Below are positions 10,225 through 23,868 of a DNA stretch of 64,000 nt, one piece after another. Under the pieces are notes generated by a model. The model saw nothing but the letters and a program-made list of their open reading frames with translations. It did not search any database and was not told the DNA's origin. A program made the translations under genes and the position numbers. Within the stretch, counting starts at the first letter, position 1. Each line of letters opens with the position of its first letter. The stretch comes from Ruditapes philippinarum (lineage: Eukaryota), in assembly GCF_026571515.1 (NCBI RefSeq), contig NW_026855145.1, positions 1 through 64,000 of the forward strand, given 5' to 3'.

Positions 10225-13200
10225 TTAATATTAATATACAAAACATAAACTGTACTTCCCTATTCAAACTTTGATATTTCAAAGCACAAATATTTCGTAT
10301 TTCTACTTTTAGTTAATAATTTTCGTAAAAAGTATGATTTATTTTAACTTTTTTTTGTCAGGTCACGGTATACATCGACAGCGCGCCGATCCTATCACGG
10401 ACAGTGATGAGAAGCAACTGTGGGACTCTGGTGTTATAGGAACATGCAGTGCTAAGGCTCTCAGAAATGGCGTTTTCTTTTATAATTGCAAAGTATTTGG
10501 GTTCCGTAGAGGTGATGAGCACAGAAATTTACAAACTTCACAGTTTAAGATTACCACGGAAAACAATGAAAAAGTCTTGACTTTCTACGGCAGATCATCA
10601 AAAAACGTGCAAGGAGGTATTCGTCAACGACGTGTAGAGCCTAAGGTCGTAAAGCAGTTTGCGGAAACTGGGACTGATCGTTGTATCGTCAATCTTTTTG
10701 AAATTTATCTTGTTCATATTCCTTCAGGGGATTTCTATATGCGACCATTACCTGGAAAACCTGGTCGCCCAATTTTATTTTCATTACAAAAGGTTGGGAT
10801 AAACTATCTAAGTAAGTATATGAAAACCATGATTATAGATGCTGGCATTAATACTGAAAATCGAATCATCCGAAATCACTCTGGCAAAGTTACATTATGC
10901 ACAAAACTGTATGAAAAGCAATTTGATGAACAGTCCATAATGTCACGATATGGTCATCGGAGCACAGTTGTGAGAGATTACAAACGACCCTCTGAAGCCT
11001 TAAAACATAGCATTTCCTCAGCATTGCAACCGCAGCCCAGTAACCGCTCGGAAACTCCACCTCCTCCCCCACCAGTGGAATCCCCTCCTCCCAAACCAGA
11101 AAATGAATGTTCATCCACTCTGTGTGCTGTTAAGAGTGAGCCAGGCATTCAGGATGCGATTATTGAAACAACAGTGCCTGAACATATTAACACCATCGTC
11201 GTAAACAAAAGCGGCCGTAAAATTTCTATTACATTATAGATTGATATACGCATTTCGTTTCATTATTGCTTATTTTTTATTAATATTCAAATAAAGTAAC
11301 TATTCTTGTTCAATGATGAAATGAAATAAAATGGTCAAAAGACTAGTGTTTTCTGTTATTGTTTTTAAGACGTAGAAAATAAAACTATTTACTTCACTAT
11401 ATGTATTACATAGAAATTTACTCGTTTTTCCTTTCAGCTCAATACAAACATGATAGTTATATCAAACACTTTACTGTGATGTGTGGGATATATCAAACAC
11501 TTTTAAGCCTCTCTGATTGGCCGAGAGAAAACAGCTGTGGGCTAACGTCTGACTTCACTTTTTATAAAAGTTACTGAATTAATTTGATTGCACTGAAGAT
11601 AGTATGTATATATATATTGTTGATGTTAAATATAAGCACACAAGTTAAGATATTTGCATCGCAATTAAACAATCATGCTTGCCGGGAAATTAGTCGTATA
11701 GAAAACAAATAATTGTTTAAAATATTTTCTTTCAAAAGTGAACGGAACTTTTAGTGGCGAAAATCACTATAAGGTGAAGTTCAATACAGTTTAACGTGTA
11801 AAACTCCTAAATACCTACCCTACATGTATAAGTGTAGTAATTTTCATATGCATGAAGTCAAGCATATTCAGTGTGCCACACGATTTTTTGTAATATGACA
11901 GAAAATATAGCTGTGCATAAACCACTCGATTCAAATCTTTAAAGTCAGGTTAGTTTTTTTCCTTAATTAAATATAACTAAATAAGGCTTAAATAAGTATA
12001 TGTAAATTCACTTTTGATATAAGTATGACAGCTTTTCCCGTTAAACGAAATTATTAGTACCGGGAGAAACATAATTTGCCTATTTTAGGACATAACCCGA
12101 CCAAAAATCTTAACATTTGTACATGATATTACGTAGACAAACTATATGTTTGAACAATGTATTCAACATCAGAAACTGTGAATTAAATCACATGGAAAGA
12201 TGGAAGGAAGGAAGGGAAAAGTTTGTACTTATCCATAAATGCCTGATTGCTGCCATAAAATTTGAGATTTCTGGCAATAAATGTGTCACGGTGTATCATA
12301 TTCACTCTTTGGTGATTAATAGGATGATTGTATTTTGTCATTTAAAGAGTTCAAATACTCCACCAAATACAAGTATGAGATATATATACGGAAGTATTCT
12401 GAAACATTTCTTTTTATTTTGTATAATGATAATTTGTAAATGACAAGGACGCTTTGTTGCAATAACGTTAGCATTGACTCGTACATATCATTTTACCTTG
12501 ATCATATTAATATATACTGCCACAATAAGCTGTCTTATTCAAAATATCTAAAATTGACTCACATGCATAGTGGTTATGAATGGCGATTATAATGAATTTG
12601 TTAAAGAGCAACTTCAATAACGTCAATATATAAAACGTATGTTCAAACTCATTGAATTCTTCGATTTTGGACCAAAATGTTTTCTTCACTCTAATTTAAG
12701 AACCCCTTACTCATATATTATTCAACAACATAATTAACAAATGGTTAATAATTACATTATACTTCGGCATTAATCTAGTAAACAATGATCAACACACATG
12801 AAATCGATAATAACATACTTGTGTATGCGTTCACTTGTCGAAGAACATGTCAAGCTATTGTTTTTACCAACACAAAGGCCATCGCTTTCGTTATTGATTT
12901 GATTGAAGTAACGTTTAGGACAAAAACTGAAATAATAACAACACTTTCAGATTATATGCTGATGCACTTTGGTATGTTCATAAAGAAAATGTGGTATGTT
13001 CATCAAGAAAAGGCAGCATTCAATGAAAAAATCAGAATTCATTTAATATTTAAAGGTGTCTTAAAGGCAATAAATCTATATCTTATCAAATATTTTTTAT
13101 AAAATATATCAACAGTAAAATTACAATGGTTCCATTACTATATTGTTGATTCCCGAAAAAGTTGTAACATATAATGTCTCTGTTATTTAACACACATGAA

Positions 13201-14764
13201 AATTTTATGTTAACAGAATAAAATGTTCCGGAACAAAATATTATTTGCTATTTTAAGTAGGGGTTTAATCGTTTAGCAATAATGTTGTGCATGCGTCAAT
13301 CGCTTTTAAGTATTTATTTCTTACAAGTATTTTGGAATTATTCTTTTGGAAATTTCAAACAATATTTTTGCAGCAGATATATAGCTTTATACACTTTAAA
13401 TATGAAAGAAAAAAAAAATACGATTACTTGTCTCTGGTATAATTTACAACTCATTATTATTAGAAATTTATGTTATTTCATTTTGAGAATTTTGTTAACT
13501 AAACATGCAATAGCACACTGTATATTGAAGTAGAATCAATGATTTCTAGATATCCTTCAATTCATGTTTTCTGATAGAACTTTAATTGCCCCTCATTTAA
13601 TATACATTATCGAAAATGCTGGAATGGAATTCTCATAAAAACAAATTAAAAAGATCTTTAAGCAGATAACTTCAGCAAATTGAACCATTATAAATGACCT
13701 GTGATTAATTAATTATATTTGAAGTTTATTCAACATAAATACAAGAACACTGAAGTGAAGTACGGGGAAACTTTATACAGCTGCCACACAGCACTTTACA
13801 ACTGCTGTTGTGAAGTTTAAAAATCTGGACCAAGTGTGATCCCTCGGAATTTGTTTATGGTTTTAAATTAAAGATATGATGTTCAAATTAAGATTTATCA
13901 ATATTGTAGGTTCCAAAAAGCATTATCTATAAAGTTATTACCGAATATAACATTTTATGTAAATAAAGGGAGGTAATAAAAATTGATTTTCTTTAAAGTT
14001 TAAGTTAAATTTTACAATAAGAAATAAATGCATATATTTTAATGATTACATATAATATGCACACATATTTGCAGAACATATTTTACAAATTCTTCGATGT
14101 TTGAAAATTGTTTTATTTGCATAATTATGCACATATAATTTCACTTAGTGTGGTTTACCTCTTTGTTCACAACATACAGGATCTTTAATATTTTAACAAT
14201 ACTTTACAATTTAATAGATGAAACGTTGAATTTACAGAGAAGGCAAATTATGTATCATTCTCGAACCTTTTGCATTGTGACAAAAATTCTAGTTGAAAGA
14301 AGAACATTTGTTGTAATGAATTGACTTTATCTTGTCCAGATTAACATAGTAAAGTGCGTCCTATTTTCATGTGAGATGGTTTATACCGCCCCGGGCCTGT
14401 CTTCATTGAAACGATTTAACAATTTAAGAAGTGATAGTTTATCTTTGTCCGCTCTAACTGTTTTAATCCAAGCATTTCTTCAATCCAATAATTGAGTCTC
14501 ATTTTATTGAAAACTTTTGAGATTGTGTTAAACGGATATATATATAACAGATGTTTTTTCTATGAAAACTGCGTAAAATGTACATACATGTACACTTTGC
14601 AAAATTATTTAAAAGTGTGAGCAAACTTAAGATATATCTAGAGTAGAAACATTTAGACTATTTTGCATATGGTCATGTCAGAAAATGCGCGGTATGGATC
14701 CTTTAAATTAGCAGAATTTTATGAAAAAAGGAAGTAAGGCGATATTACCTTCAGAACAATACAA

Positions 14765-15046
14765 CATTACAATAATTTTCCCGGGAATAGAGTAAATAAA
14801 TGTCGGGGGATTAGGTCAGCAGAAAAAATATCATACAATGGAAAAAACTGACGTGAAGAACACTTAAGTATTAAAAACAACTAAATCCAATAGAACACTT
14901 AGTCACATTACAATAATTTTCCCGGGAATAGAGTAAATAAATGTTGGGGGATTAGGTCAGCAGAAAAAATATCATACAATGGAAAAAACTGACGTGAAGA
15001 ACACTTAAGTATTAAAAACAACTAAATCCAATAGAACACTTAGTCA
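14765..15046 (+). repeat. 141-bp tandem duplication specific to copy A
   Basis: cattacaataattttcccggg...cacttagtca occurs twice here and once at ~52696-52835. Confidence 0.9.
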
Positions 15047-16770
15047 CCCTGGTGAAAACCCTACGTTGTAATTTCAAAATGTTAGAGGCTATATCAAGAA
15101 CATAATGGTGACTTTTTGGATTTTTGGAATTTGTACCACGACACACGCTTATTTAATGTACGGTTTTCTATGTAAAATTATCACGCTTTATTGAAAAACG
15201 TAAACAGAAACAATAAAAGATTTGCATGTGATGTCTTCAAATGTGTACACAAACAAAAATGTCACAGGTTCATTTAGAATTAGATACTAATGTGTACTGT
15301 AATGAGCTCTACATCATAAATGGTGATCAGATCGTAAACCCTATTGTCCTATAAAACTAGACTGACATACAATTTTGATAAAGAAACTGAAGCAATAAGA
15401 GCGAGAATCTTCGAATTGATTAGAAATATGACGCCCCAGTGCGTTAGAAGAGATCGTCTTTCCGCAACATTGTTTTATATAATATTTTACGTTGATAACT
15501 TTAATACAATAAATTATAAGTACGGCCACAATTAGCTGTCTCAGTCGAACTATAAATCTAAAATAGATTCACACGCGTTGTTTCCATGAATGAAGACTAT
15601 TATTATTTAAAAAGTGCAAAATCATTAATATCATATTATAAACGTGTGTTCTAAAGCCTTACAATTTTTTTCCACAAGTTCCTGCTCTGATCATGTTCAC
15701 ATCTTTGTCATTCATTCGTTTTTCTCGCTTTTGAAATAAAATCCTTAATTGAAAATTCATTATTTTAATGAAGGTTCGATGCGTTTATTTAACATAATGT
15801 TATTTACAAAACTCAACACAGTTTTTTTCCAGATATTTTAGTTTCTTTTACACAATCATTATGTAATTAAATTATATCGATCCTCAATAATAATGCTATG
15901 TTAAGAATAGAGAATTCAAATTCTGGATTTCGACCATAAACGCAAAATATATGTCGAACAAAAAGAACAAATAACAAGTCCAGTTACAAGTATTCCAAAT
16001 ACCCCGTTTACCTTTTGATTCTTGTGAAATACAAAACGTTTCTATATTATTTTGCAAGGTTATGACATTGGAATCTTTACAACAAATTTGGATGCCAATT
16101 TATGTTTTACGTATTTGACATTTGTGTAATGTTATCAAACTATATTTCGTAATAATGACAGACCAAAGTCAAAATACAGCAATCTATGGTGATGAAGTTA
16201 CAATTTTTTACATTTGTTAAAGAAGTTAGATAACACCATAATAAGTGTCAAACTATTTTTAAAACTACACATTAATATCAGTACCCTTTATACATTTATA
16301 ATTCGAAACCGTAATTATTCAACACCATAATTAACAAATGGTTATTAATTACATTAAATATACTGTAACATTTAACTGTCATTAATCTTGTAAACATACT
16401 ATGTTCAACCCACATGATGCCGATGATTGCATATTTGTATATGGATACACATTTCGAAGAAAAGTGTGAAGCTATTGTTTTGACCAACTCAAAGACCGTC
16501 GCCTTGGTTATTGATTTGATTGAAGTTTCGTTTACGGCCATCCAGTGAAATACTAACAGAATTCAGTTCTGTGCTGTTCTTTTGAGATTCTGTGTTTCAT
16601 TATTAAAGTTGAAAAATAGAAACATATGGTGATATATATGGAGTTCTGTACAACAAAATAATAAAAGGAATATGAAATACGATAATTCTGGAAAAAGAGT
16701 GAAAAACCTCCTGGAAAAAAGGGAAAAGCTCGAAAGATCTTGCTTAGTTAAATGATTGAGCGCAGTGTCT

Positions 16771-16860
16771 CATGAACAGACTCAATCAAACCGAGCCTGC
16801 ACTTTTCATTTTTAAACTGTATTTTCATTGCCTTTGAGATATTTTAATCTTTCCTTACTT
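16771..16860 (+). repeat. Fixed-end insert, family 1 (diverged)
   Basis: catgaacagactcaatcaaaccgagcctgca hairpin; second copy at ~54604. Confidence 0.65.
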
Positions 16861-17185
16861 TTAAATAAACGCTTATTTCTTTTTGGTGTTGTCAATATTA
16901 TTGTGACCTTCTGAGGACCTTGGATGCGTGAGAGATGTTTCCACAACCATTCATTAGCATATCAAATCAAACAGAGATTGCAATTATCCCTATCAAACTT
17001 CATTTCATTTCTATTGCTCTTCAGCCAATTTCTGTCTCAACCTTTATCTCCGTTACTTTTTTAATATGTTCATTTACGACAATAAAACGTGCGACACTTT
17101 ACCAATCCTATAGCACTGGTTCAATCTTTATTACCAATAAATTGAATTCGATGAACCAGAAAACACTGAAAACACTGATAATATA

Positions 17186-17524
17186 TTATATAAATAACAC
17201 GTGTTTTGGATAACAGTAAAAATAACCCCAAGGAAAAAAACTGTTACCCGAGGCGCTAGCGAGGGATGATAGTTTTACTGCTTTTCACAAATCCATGTGT
17301 TATTTATTTTATTACCCCGAACAATAACTGTGATGATTTGTATGATGATTTTATTTTATTTTCTTTAGAAAATAGACCATGCGACCAGATGTTATACTGT
17401 TAAAAATACTGTTACCCTGTAACAGTACACAATCTTAGTCATATGGTACTCTTGCATTTACAGTATAAATAACTTCCAGTGGCCTATGGGAAATTAACAT
17501 TACACAAACAGTGAGGGGTAATAA
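17186..17524 (+). mobile_element. Crypton-type non-autonomous element (hairpin + internal complementary repeat); copy at ~55015-55341
   Basis: Left ataaataacac pairs with internal gtgttatttat; adjacent ttattacccc pairs with right end ggggtaataa; absent from the paralogue at ~5275. Confidence 0.7.
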
Positions 17525-20500
17525 TATGTATTATCATGTTGTTGATCTTGTTTTTTCGTTACAACAAATACGAAGACAAGACAAAAATACGCCCGAACAA
17601 ATGATAATTATTGGGAGAACATAAAATAGAGAAACTGTTGGGAAAAGGCGTAAAATGAAACAAACAAACAAACAATGAAATAGAGAATAAAAAATATCAT
17701 TTAATGAGGAATATTGAAACCATGTGATAATAACAACATATAGACACGAGCTCATTTTCAACTAACACAACAATCACGTCATTCTGAACGATCTTCAACA
17801 ATGGGAAAACATAACGTCTCCCTTTACGGCCTCAACACGTCACAAACACCACTGATGTCACAATAATACAGACAAATTAAAAACCTAAAATTACATCCGA
17901 AATGAACAATTTGTACATAATTAAAACTTGCTTTGACTGAGCATAAAGATATATACAAAAGTGTATTTGATTAAAGGGTCGATTGTTACTGTATTTATTA
18001 ACAAGACGCTTTGTCTTTGGAATTTATTTTAGGATACCAAAATGCATAATTGAAGACGAAACTGGGGTTAACAAATTTCTTGTATAAATTCCAAATGTGT
18101 ATGTATTACTGTTACATTGTATTGAACGATATTCAGATCAGACATGATCCTTCATCAGTTTGACATCTTTGCTTACAAACATCGCGTTGTACAGAAATCA
18201 ATATTGATTGTTCACATCGGATTTACAGACAGACACAAATGGTTTACGAACGTGAACAATGACAGTTGAATCAAAACCACTTCATCTTATTTATATACTA
18301 AATTGAATTCATTTGATCGCAATACAGATAATCTTATATATTTGTTCAAGTCATTTGATGTCGAAAAAATGTATTTTGTAACAGTGATTTGTTTTTCTGT
18401 TATTAAGACGGGATATCATGTAAACCTAGTGCTTCATTCTGGAAATAAAAAAACACAAGAACAACCGACACTTAAGAAGAAGAAATTATAATTTATATTA
18501 TAGAACATTGACATTTTCTTTCTGTTTCGTTAAGATTGGGTTTTAGCATAATTAAGTGGATTCGTTTTACAACAAGTATAATTGTCAGTATTAGATGAAA
18601 CATGCATGACTTGTTGAAGTTGCCCTGCTAGTGTGAATTGATTGTGTTGGGCGCTGCATTCTGTGAACTCTTGATCTTTACTTTCTAGAGTGAAAAGGTC
18701 CATAATGGATGATATCTAATGCCTTGAATCATAATAGAATGATTGAGTATCATACGTGGCAACAAAACACAATGTAATTATATGTACATAATCTGATATT
18801 ACATATCTTTATATAGCAGATGATAATTGTTCTAGAACAAAATAGTATTTTTCATTTAACGTTTATATTCAATCGCTAAGAATTTGTTGAAGAAATATCT
18901 TCAAAGAATATCCAAATGGTACACTTCTATTGTTAATATCAATATTTGAAATACCTTCCTTAATGGGGATCCATATTTTCTCTATTTTGTCTATCATGAT
19001 GAAAAATATTAATTTGGTATTTTAAATCGTATTGTTGTGTTGCTAAATCATTGGTATGATAAAAACCGTTATAGATACTTTGTAACAAAGTTTGAGTTAA
19101 ATATTTTCACTCCCAAGGTTATAATATATGTATACACACATGTTTCTCAATTTCACTACTTTAATGTTTAATATTGAATTCTGCATAAGGTAAAATATAG
19201 CATTTTGACTACATTTTCCAAACCCCTCTGAAATTTGCTTTAATCACAATTCTGCAAATTCAGCACAATCAGGGTCTGTATATTTTTGACTAGCCGACAC
19301 TCACTATTAATTATCTATCCATCGTTCAATAAAACAGAAATAACTTAGATTGGTAATAATAACAAGCTTACATGATCAATCCTGATAGAGCTTATTATGT
19401 TATGAGACTTTACTAATTAAATATTGAATGATTTCACATCAATAGATAATAAAACGAGCTAAAATACACTATGTAATAATATTCTGGACATACTGGCTGC
19501 ATGCCTAGACAATATTCTTTCCCTTCAAACACCATATTTTCGAAATAATTCAAACAAATTAAATAAATTAATAAACTTGTAATTTGTATGTAGCACTTGG
19601 ACAACCGGCTGAACCGGTACAATATATTCACATTAACATAGTTCATAATTAATGAATACATTTTTAAATTTGACTATAAGATTAATATACCGTATATGAG
19701 ACATGATCTTATATCAAAATCCACTGAATACTCTTATGAAATACAATAAAATATTACCCTAAAAAGATACGTTTGTGTTTAGCCGGCTGCCCAAAGCTGA
19801 ATGAGCGAAATACACTTACTTATTCAAGGACGTAAACTTCGTGCATCATAATACTGGCGACACCTATCGGACATATATATCGGACAAGGGGAAATTAATT
19901 TTCTACTAATTCATTACATTCAAACTTAGAAAACTACAAATCTCCGCAGATATATATGGTGTTTATATTTTTGAGACATTCAATTCATATAAATATAAAA
20001 CTGCGACGTTAAGGGAAATAAAGCAAATACTGATCTGGTGAAAGTCATTTTCAAAATTAAATGTATACTTTTTGTGAGAATGAACGGGCATATTCGTTTA
20101 AAATATGTAACAATCCGAAAAAACATAAATAGGAGGAATATCGCTTTTAAACTTTAGTTTAAAAATCTAAATAAATTGTGACCCATTGGAAGCATTAATT
20201 ACATCAATTGTACATACAAATGGCTCGATTTTATCGAGTCTGTGCATTAGGGATACTGAAAATGAGTCCCTAGAAATTGACATGGTCAAAGGAGACTTAA
20301 TTACTTAAACAAAGAAATTACCATGTACAAAGATATACAGTAACAGCCCCATTATTATATCATAATATTTCATCGTTTTTAAACACGTTCTCTTCATCTT
20401 TGCTTTAAAATAAAAAAAATCCATTCATATGTCAATGCTTAGTATGCTACATTAACAATTTTTTTATGAGCCGTATGAAATTAATTTCTTTATCCGCAGA

Positions 20501-21199
20501 TTCGAAGGCAACATTATATTCCATCAAACGCATTTTACTGGCGTGAAACACTTTTTTAACTGTTTATAATCAATTATATTTAATTATTATTTGAAGAAAA
20601 ATAATCGTTAATATTAGTATATTTAGTCTTAGACCATTAACAACATTTAATTTCATTGATCATTATAACTGACCTATAGCTACACTACAAGTTACGTTCA
20701 AAAAGGCAAAATCTTTAAGTGGATTCTTTAACATGGGATCATATACGCTTTACACGGAATGGTATGAATGTATTGGACAGTCTTTAGGGATTCTATTTAT
20801 CTCTATTTTAAGTTCTTTTTTAAAATGGATTGCATTGATTTTAGAAGACGTATTAATAAGCTTCATATAAACATTAATTTTGTTTTCAAGAAGAAAACAA
20901 GTTTTCCCTAAGGGAATATATTATCAAGTCGAGTAATGAGCCAAATTGATCAAAATACTTCCCCAGACATTTCATTTTATACGGTCAACACATGTTTACG
21001 TGTATAAACTACAAACTATAAAAACAACCGTCTTTTAACAATAATGTAATCAGTAACTGTTCCATATATCAATGCTTTCATGCTTTATATATGTTGATTG
21101 ATACTCATTAAACGGAATAATCTTAGGTCAACTATATTACAAATAAATATAAAATATAATATCCGCGTTTCTCTGTCGGCAGTGTAAGGTCTATTTAAA

Positions 21200-21750
21200 C
21201 ACACTTAGGATATACAATGGTGATATATATAGTGTATTTTTTATTACTAGAATAACAGACTGTATGTACAATGATAGGGTATCGTGATAGACATAAAAAA
21301 GCACGGTTATAGGGCGTCGTCTAGTACAACAATAATGTACTTTATTTGCGGTTATACGGTATCCTCATACACTAGAACGATTATACTATATACACGGTGA
21401 AAGAGTATCGTTTTGCACTCAAATGACAGACTATTTTCGTTGTTATAATAGTATCGTATAATACTAGGATGACATATATTAAATATACAAGGTTATAGTG
21501 TATTCTTTAAGTTACCCTAGATTTTGGTGTGGCGCCTCTAGGTGCCCTACTATGATAACTGGGGTAGGTCGGGGTCTCCATCCTAAGAACGTTGCATTTG
21601 GCTTGTTGTCCTTTATTCTCCTTTTTTATACTATATACACGGTGAAGTGTCGTCTTACACTGTAATGATAAACAGCGTATCGTCTAACACTAGAATAGGG
21701 TAGCCTTCATAAAAAGTTGAAAGAATATCATATAACTATAAAATAATATA
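21200..21750. repeat. Degenerate ~45-bp tandem repeat
   Basis: gtatcgt-like anchors at 21314, 21359, 21405, 21451 and ~21500, with recurrent acacggtga/actagaa motifs. Confidence 0.55.
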
Positions 21751-23786
21751 CCTTTTAAGTAGGCCTTAATACTGTTTTAAGTAATATTGAACTACTTCCT
21801 TTCTAAAACAGTTCCATGTTTAATGATAAATGTTTCATTCATAAACTTATAACATGAATGTTGTTGCAATTTCAAGCGGCACGCGACAACATTTCTGCTT
21901 ATTGTCATGATTTCTGTGGATACAATTTACAGGCACGAACCTTTCTTACCGTCTCTGAAACAATAGTCATCATCTACAAACATTACATGTTCATTTATAA
22001 CACATATTTATAAAACTATTAATGTCGTAAGTATTGCATATATTTTTGTATATTTATGCAACTTAATCTAGTTTCAAGGTAGTGAAGTATTTTATTACTG
22101 GAGTTATAGGTTGGTTTCCTCTCTTATTTTGAAATTGTCCTTGAGTTACGACAATGCTTGTTTATAAAATCGTTTTTCATTGATAAAGAGGAGAATAAAA
22201 TTGATCACAGGAGAATTTTCTGAATAGGCATTGGTTAAAATGCTGTATATAATATTATATATTTAAAGCTGTGTGCTTTTTGAAAATGTGTATGTCTTCA
22301 AAATGCATTACATAAATATTGGTATAGTATAATATATATACAGTGCAAAATATTCAAGTAGTGTCGGCGTGAAATGTTTCCGTCAAGGGTGCATCACATA
22401 AAATACTTATACAGCAAAACTATTTTTTCGAGGCTAGTGTGTTAGTATAAAAGATAAACTGAAAATCAGTTACTAGAAAGGTGACAAAAATGTATCAATT
22501 TTGACAGTTATTGAATTGGCAATTATATTCTTAACAATACAGTGTAACAGCCCGTGGTCATACAATGATTAAATATAAAGTCAATAAGTCACTAATGTCT
22601 TTATTTATACAGTAAATAAAAGTTCATATAAATTTGTTACATTTTGTAAGGTTATTCATGACTACTATTAACCACTATGTACGCCACCACCGGGTAAAAA
22701 ACTCTTCCCTAACATCTAGTAACTCAACATAATATTAGAATAGTACAACTTACAAATGAAATAAGTCTGTTTCATAGAATTGTCCTTTTGATCTACATAA
22801 ACTGATAAGTTTAATGGTTTTTACGGGCAAAGCAAACCGGCAGCGGCAATAATTAATTTCTCAATATGAAAAAATAAAATTTGGTAAGCTAGTTTGTTTG
22901 ATGAAATCATTCCCTCTCTGATATTGATTCCTGCTGGTTCAAGTGTAATAATTTCGCAGAAGTCGGTATATTTCCATGATTAACGTGATTTTTGAAATGT
23001 TTCCATGAATAAGAGTAAAGCATGAGATAGAGAAAAACAAACCCAAACGGATGGCAAAATGACAGATCGAAAATTATTGAAGCTCGGTTTGATTGAAACT
23101 GTTCATTATCCAAGCTACCGCTCGCATCCAATTGCACCGGTGTATGTACAATTCAATATTTAAACAGTAAAAAGGTGAAATTTTAAATTACAAAAAAACG
23201 CAGATGTTATCATACAGTGGTTTTCATGGAACTTTCAAATGACTCAGCAATGCTGTTTGTGCCGTATGAAGGCCGTAGAATATTTTTAAGATATTTTTCT
23301 GATTGAATATTTTTGAAAGAATACTGTATAATAACCAACAGGATATGTTATTGTTTCGTATTGCATTCGTGTTTTCGCTTTGTAGAACTAGAAGACGCCC
23401 TATAACCTTGTTTATGAAATAAATATAGTCTTATATGTACACATTGAAGCCATATAATGATAATCATAGATTTTTTTTTCAAGGAACCGTAATTTATTTT
23501 AAAACTTAACTATACCAGCTAAGTATTAATATATCGACTTTTTGATCTTTTTCATTACAAAGACTCCATAATGGACTTTAAATATAGTAGTAAGATTTCA
23601 TTCTAGTTCAGCAGAAGACATGTTAATTCTATATATGACAGAAACAAAAATATAAGTTGTATTGTCTTTCTTATAATCAAAAACTAATCTGTAGCAAGCA
23701 CCTAATGTTACCACTTTCAATTATTTAAAAAAATAACAGACAGAAAATGCATTGCAAATCTCGTGATCAATTTGGTTTTACTTAAG

Positions 23787-23868
23787 ATAAAGAAAAACAG
23801 AATCCCTAAAGAAAGTCCAACACAACAAAATTGAAAATGTTGCAGGCTCGGTTTGATTGAGCCTGTTC
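23787..23868 (-). repeat. Fixed-end insert, family 1, 82 bp, copy A only
   Basis: acagaatccctaaag...caggctcggtttgattgagcctgttc; empty site taag|acacacaatttt at ~63452. Confidence 0.85.

Larger units (their letters stand above)
8478..11239 (+). pseudogene. DUF3504 tyrosine recombinase (KCTD1/KIAA1958/ZMYM/QRICH1-related); exons ~8478-8731, 9262-9346, 9648-9844, 10362-11239
   Basis: Motifs SKRF..KNTLRQNSWAMAAYQEW, RFVVECRRKDGTPYPPNSLY, FRKQLDARMK, QLWDSGVIG, GFRRGDEH, SKNVQGG, NHSGK, GHRS..VRDYKR; GT-AG introns; in-frame stops at 8717 and 9829, a frameshift near 8560 and one base missing at the exon 2/3 junction. Confidence 0.85.
8153..11544 (+). mobile_element. Crypton-type DNA transposon (DUF3504 tyrosine recombinase), apparently full length but degraded
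   Basis: Left terminal hairpin 8153-8248; internal ttagaccacaggtagttttct complementary to right end agaaaacagctgtgggctaa (11526-11544); YR gene inside. Confidence 0.8.
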
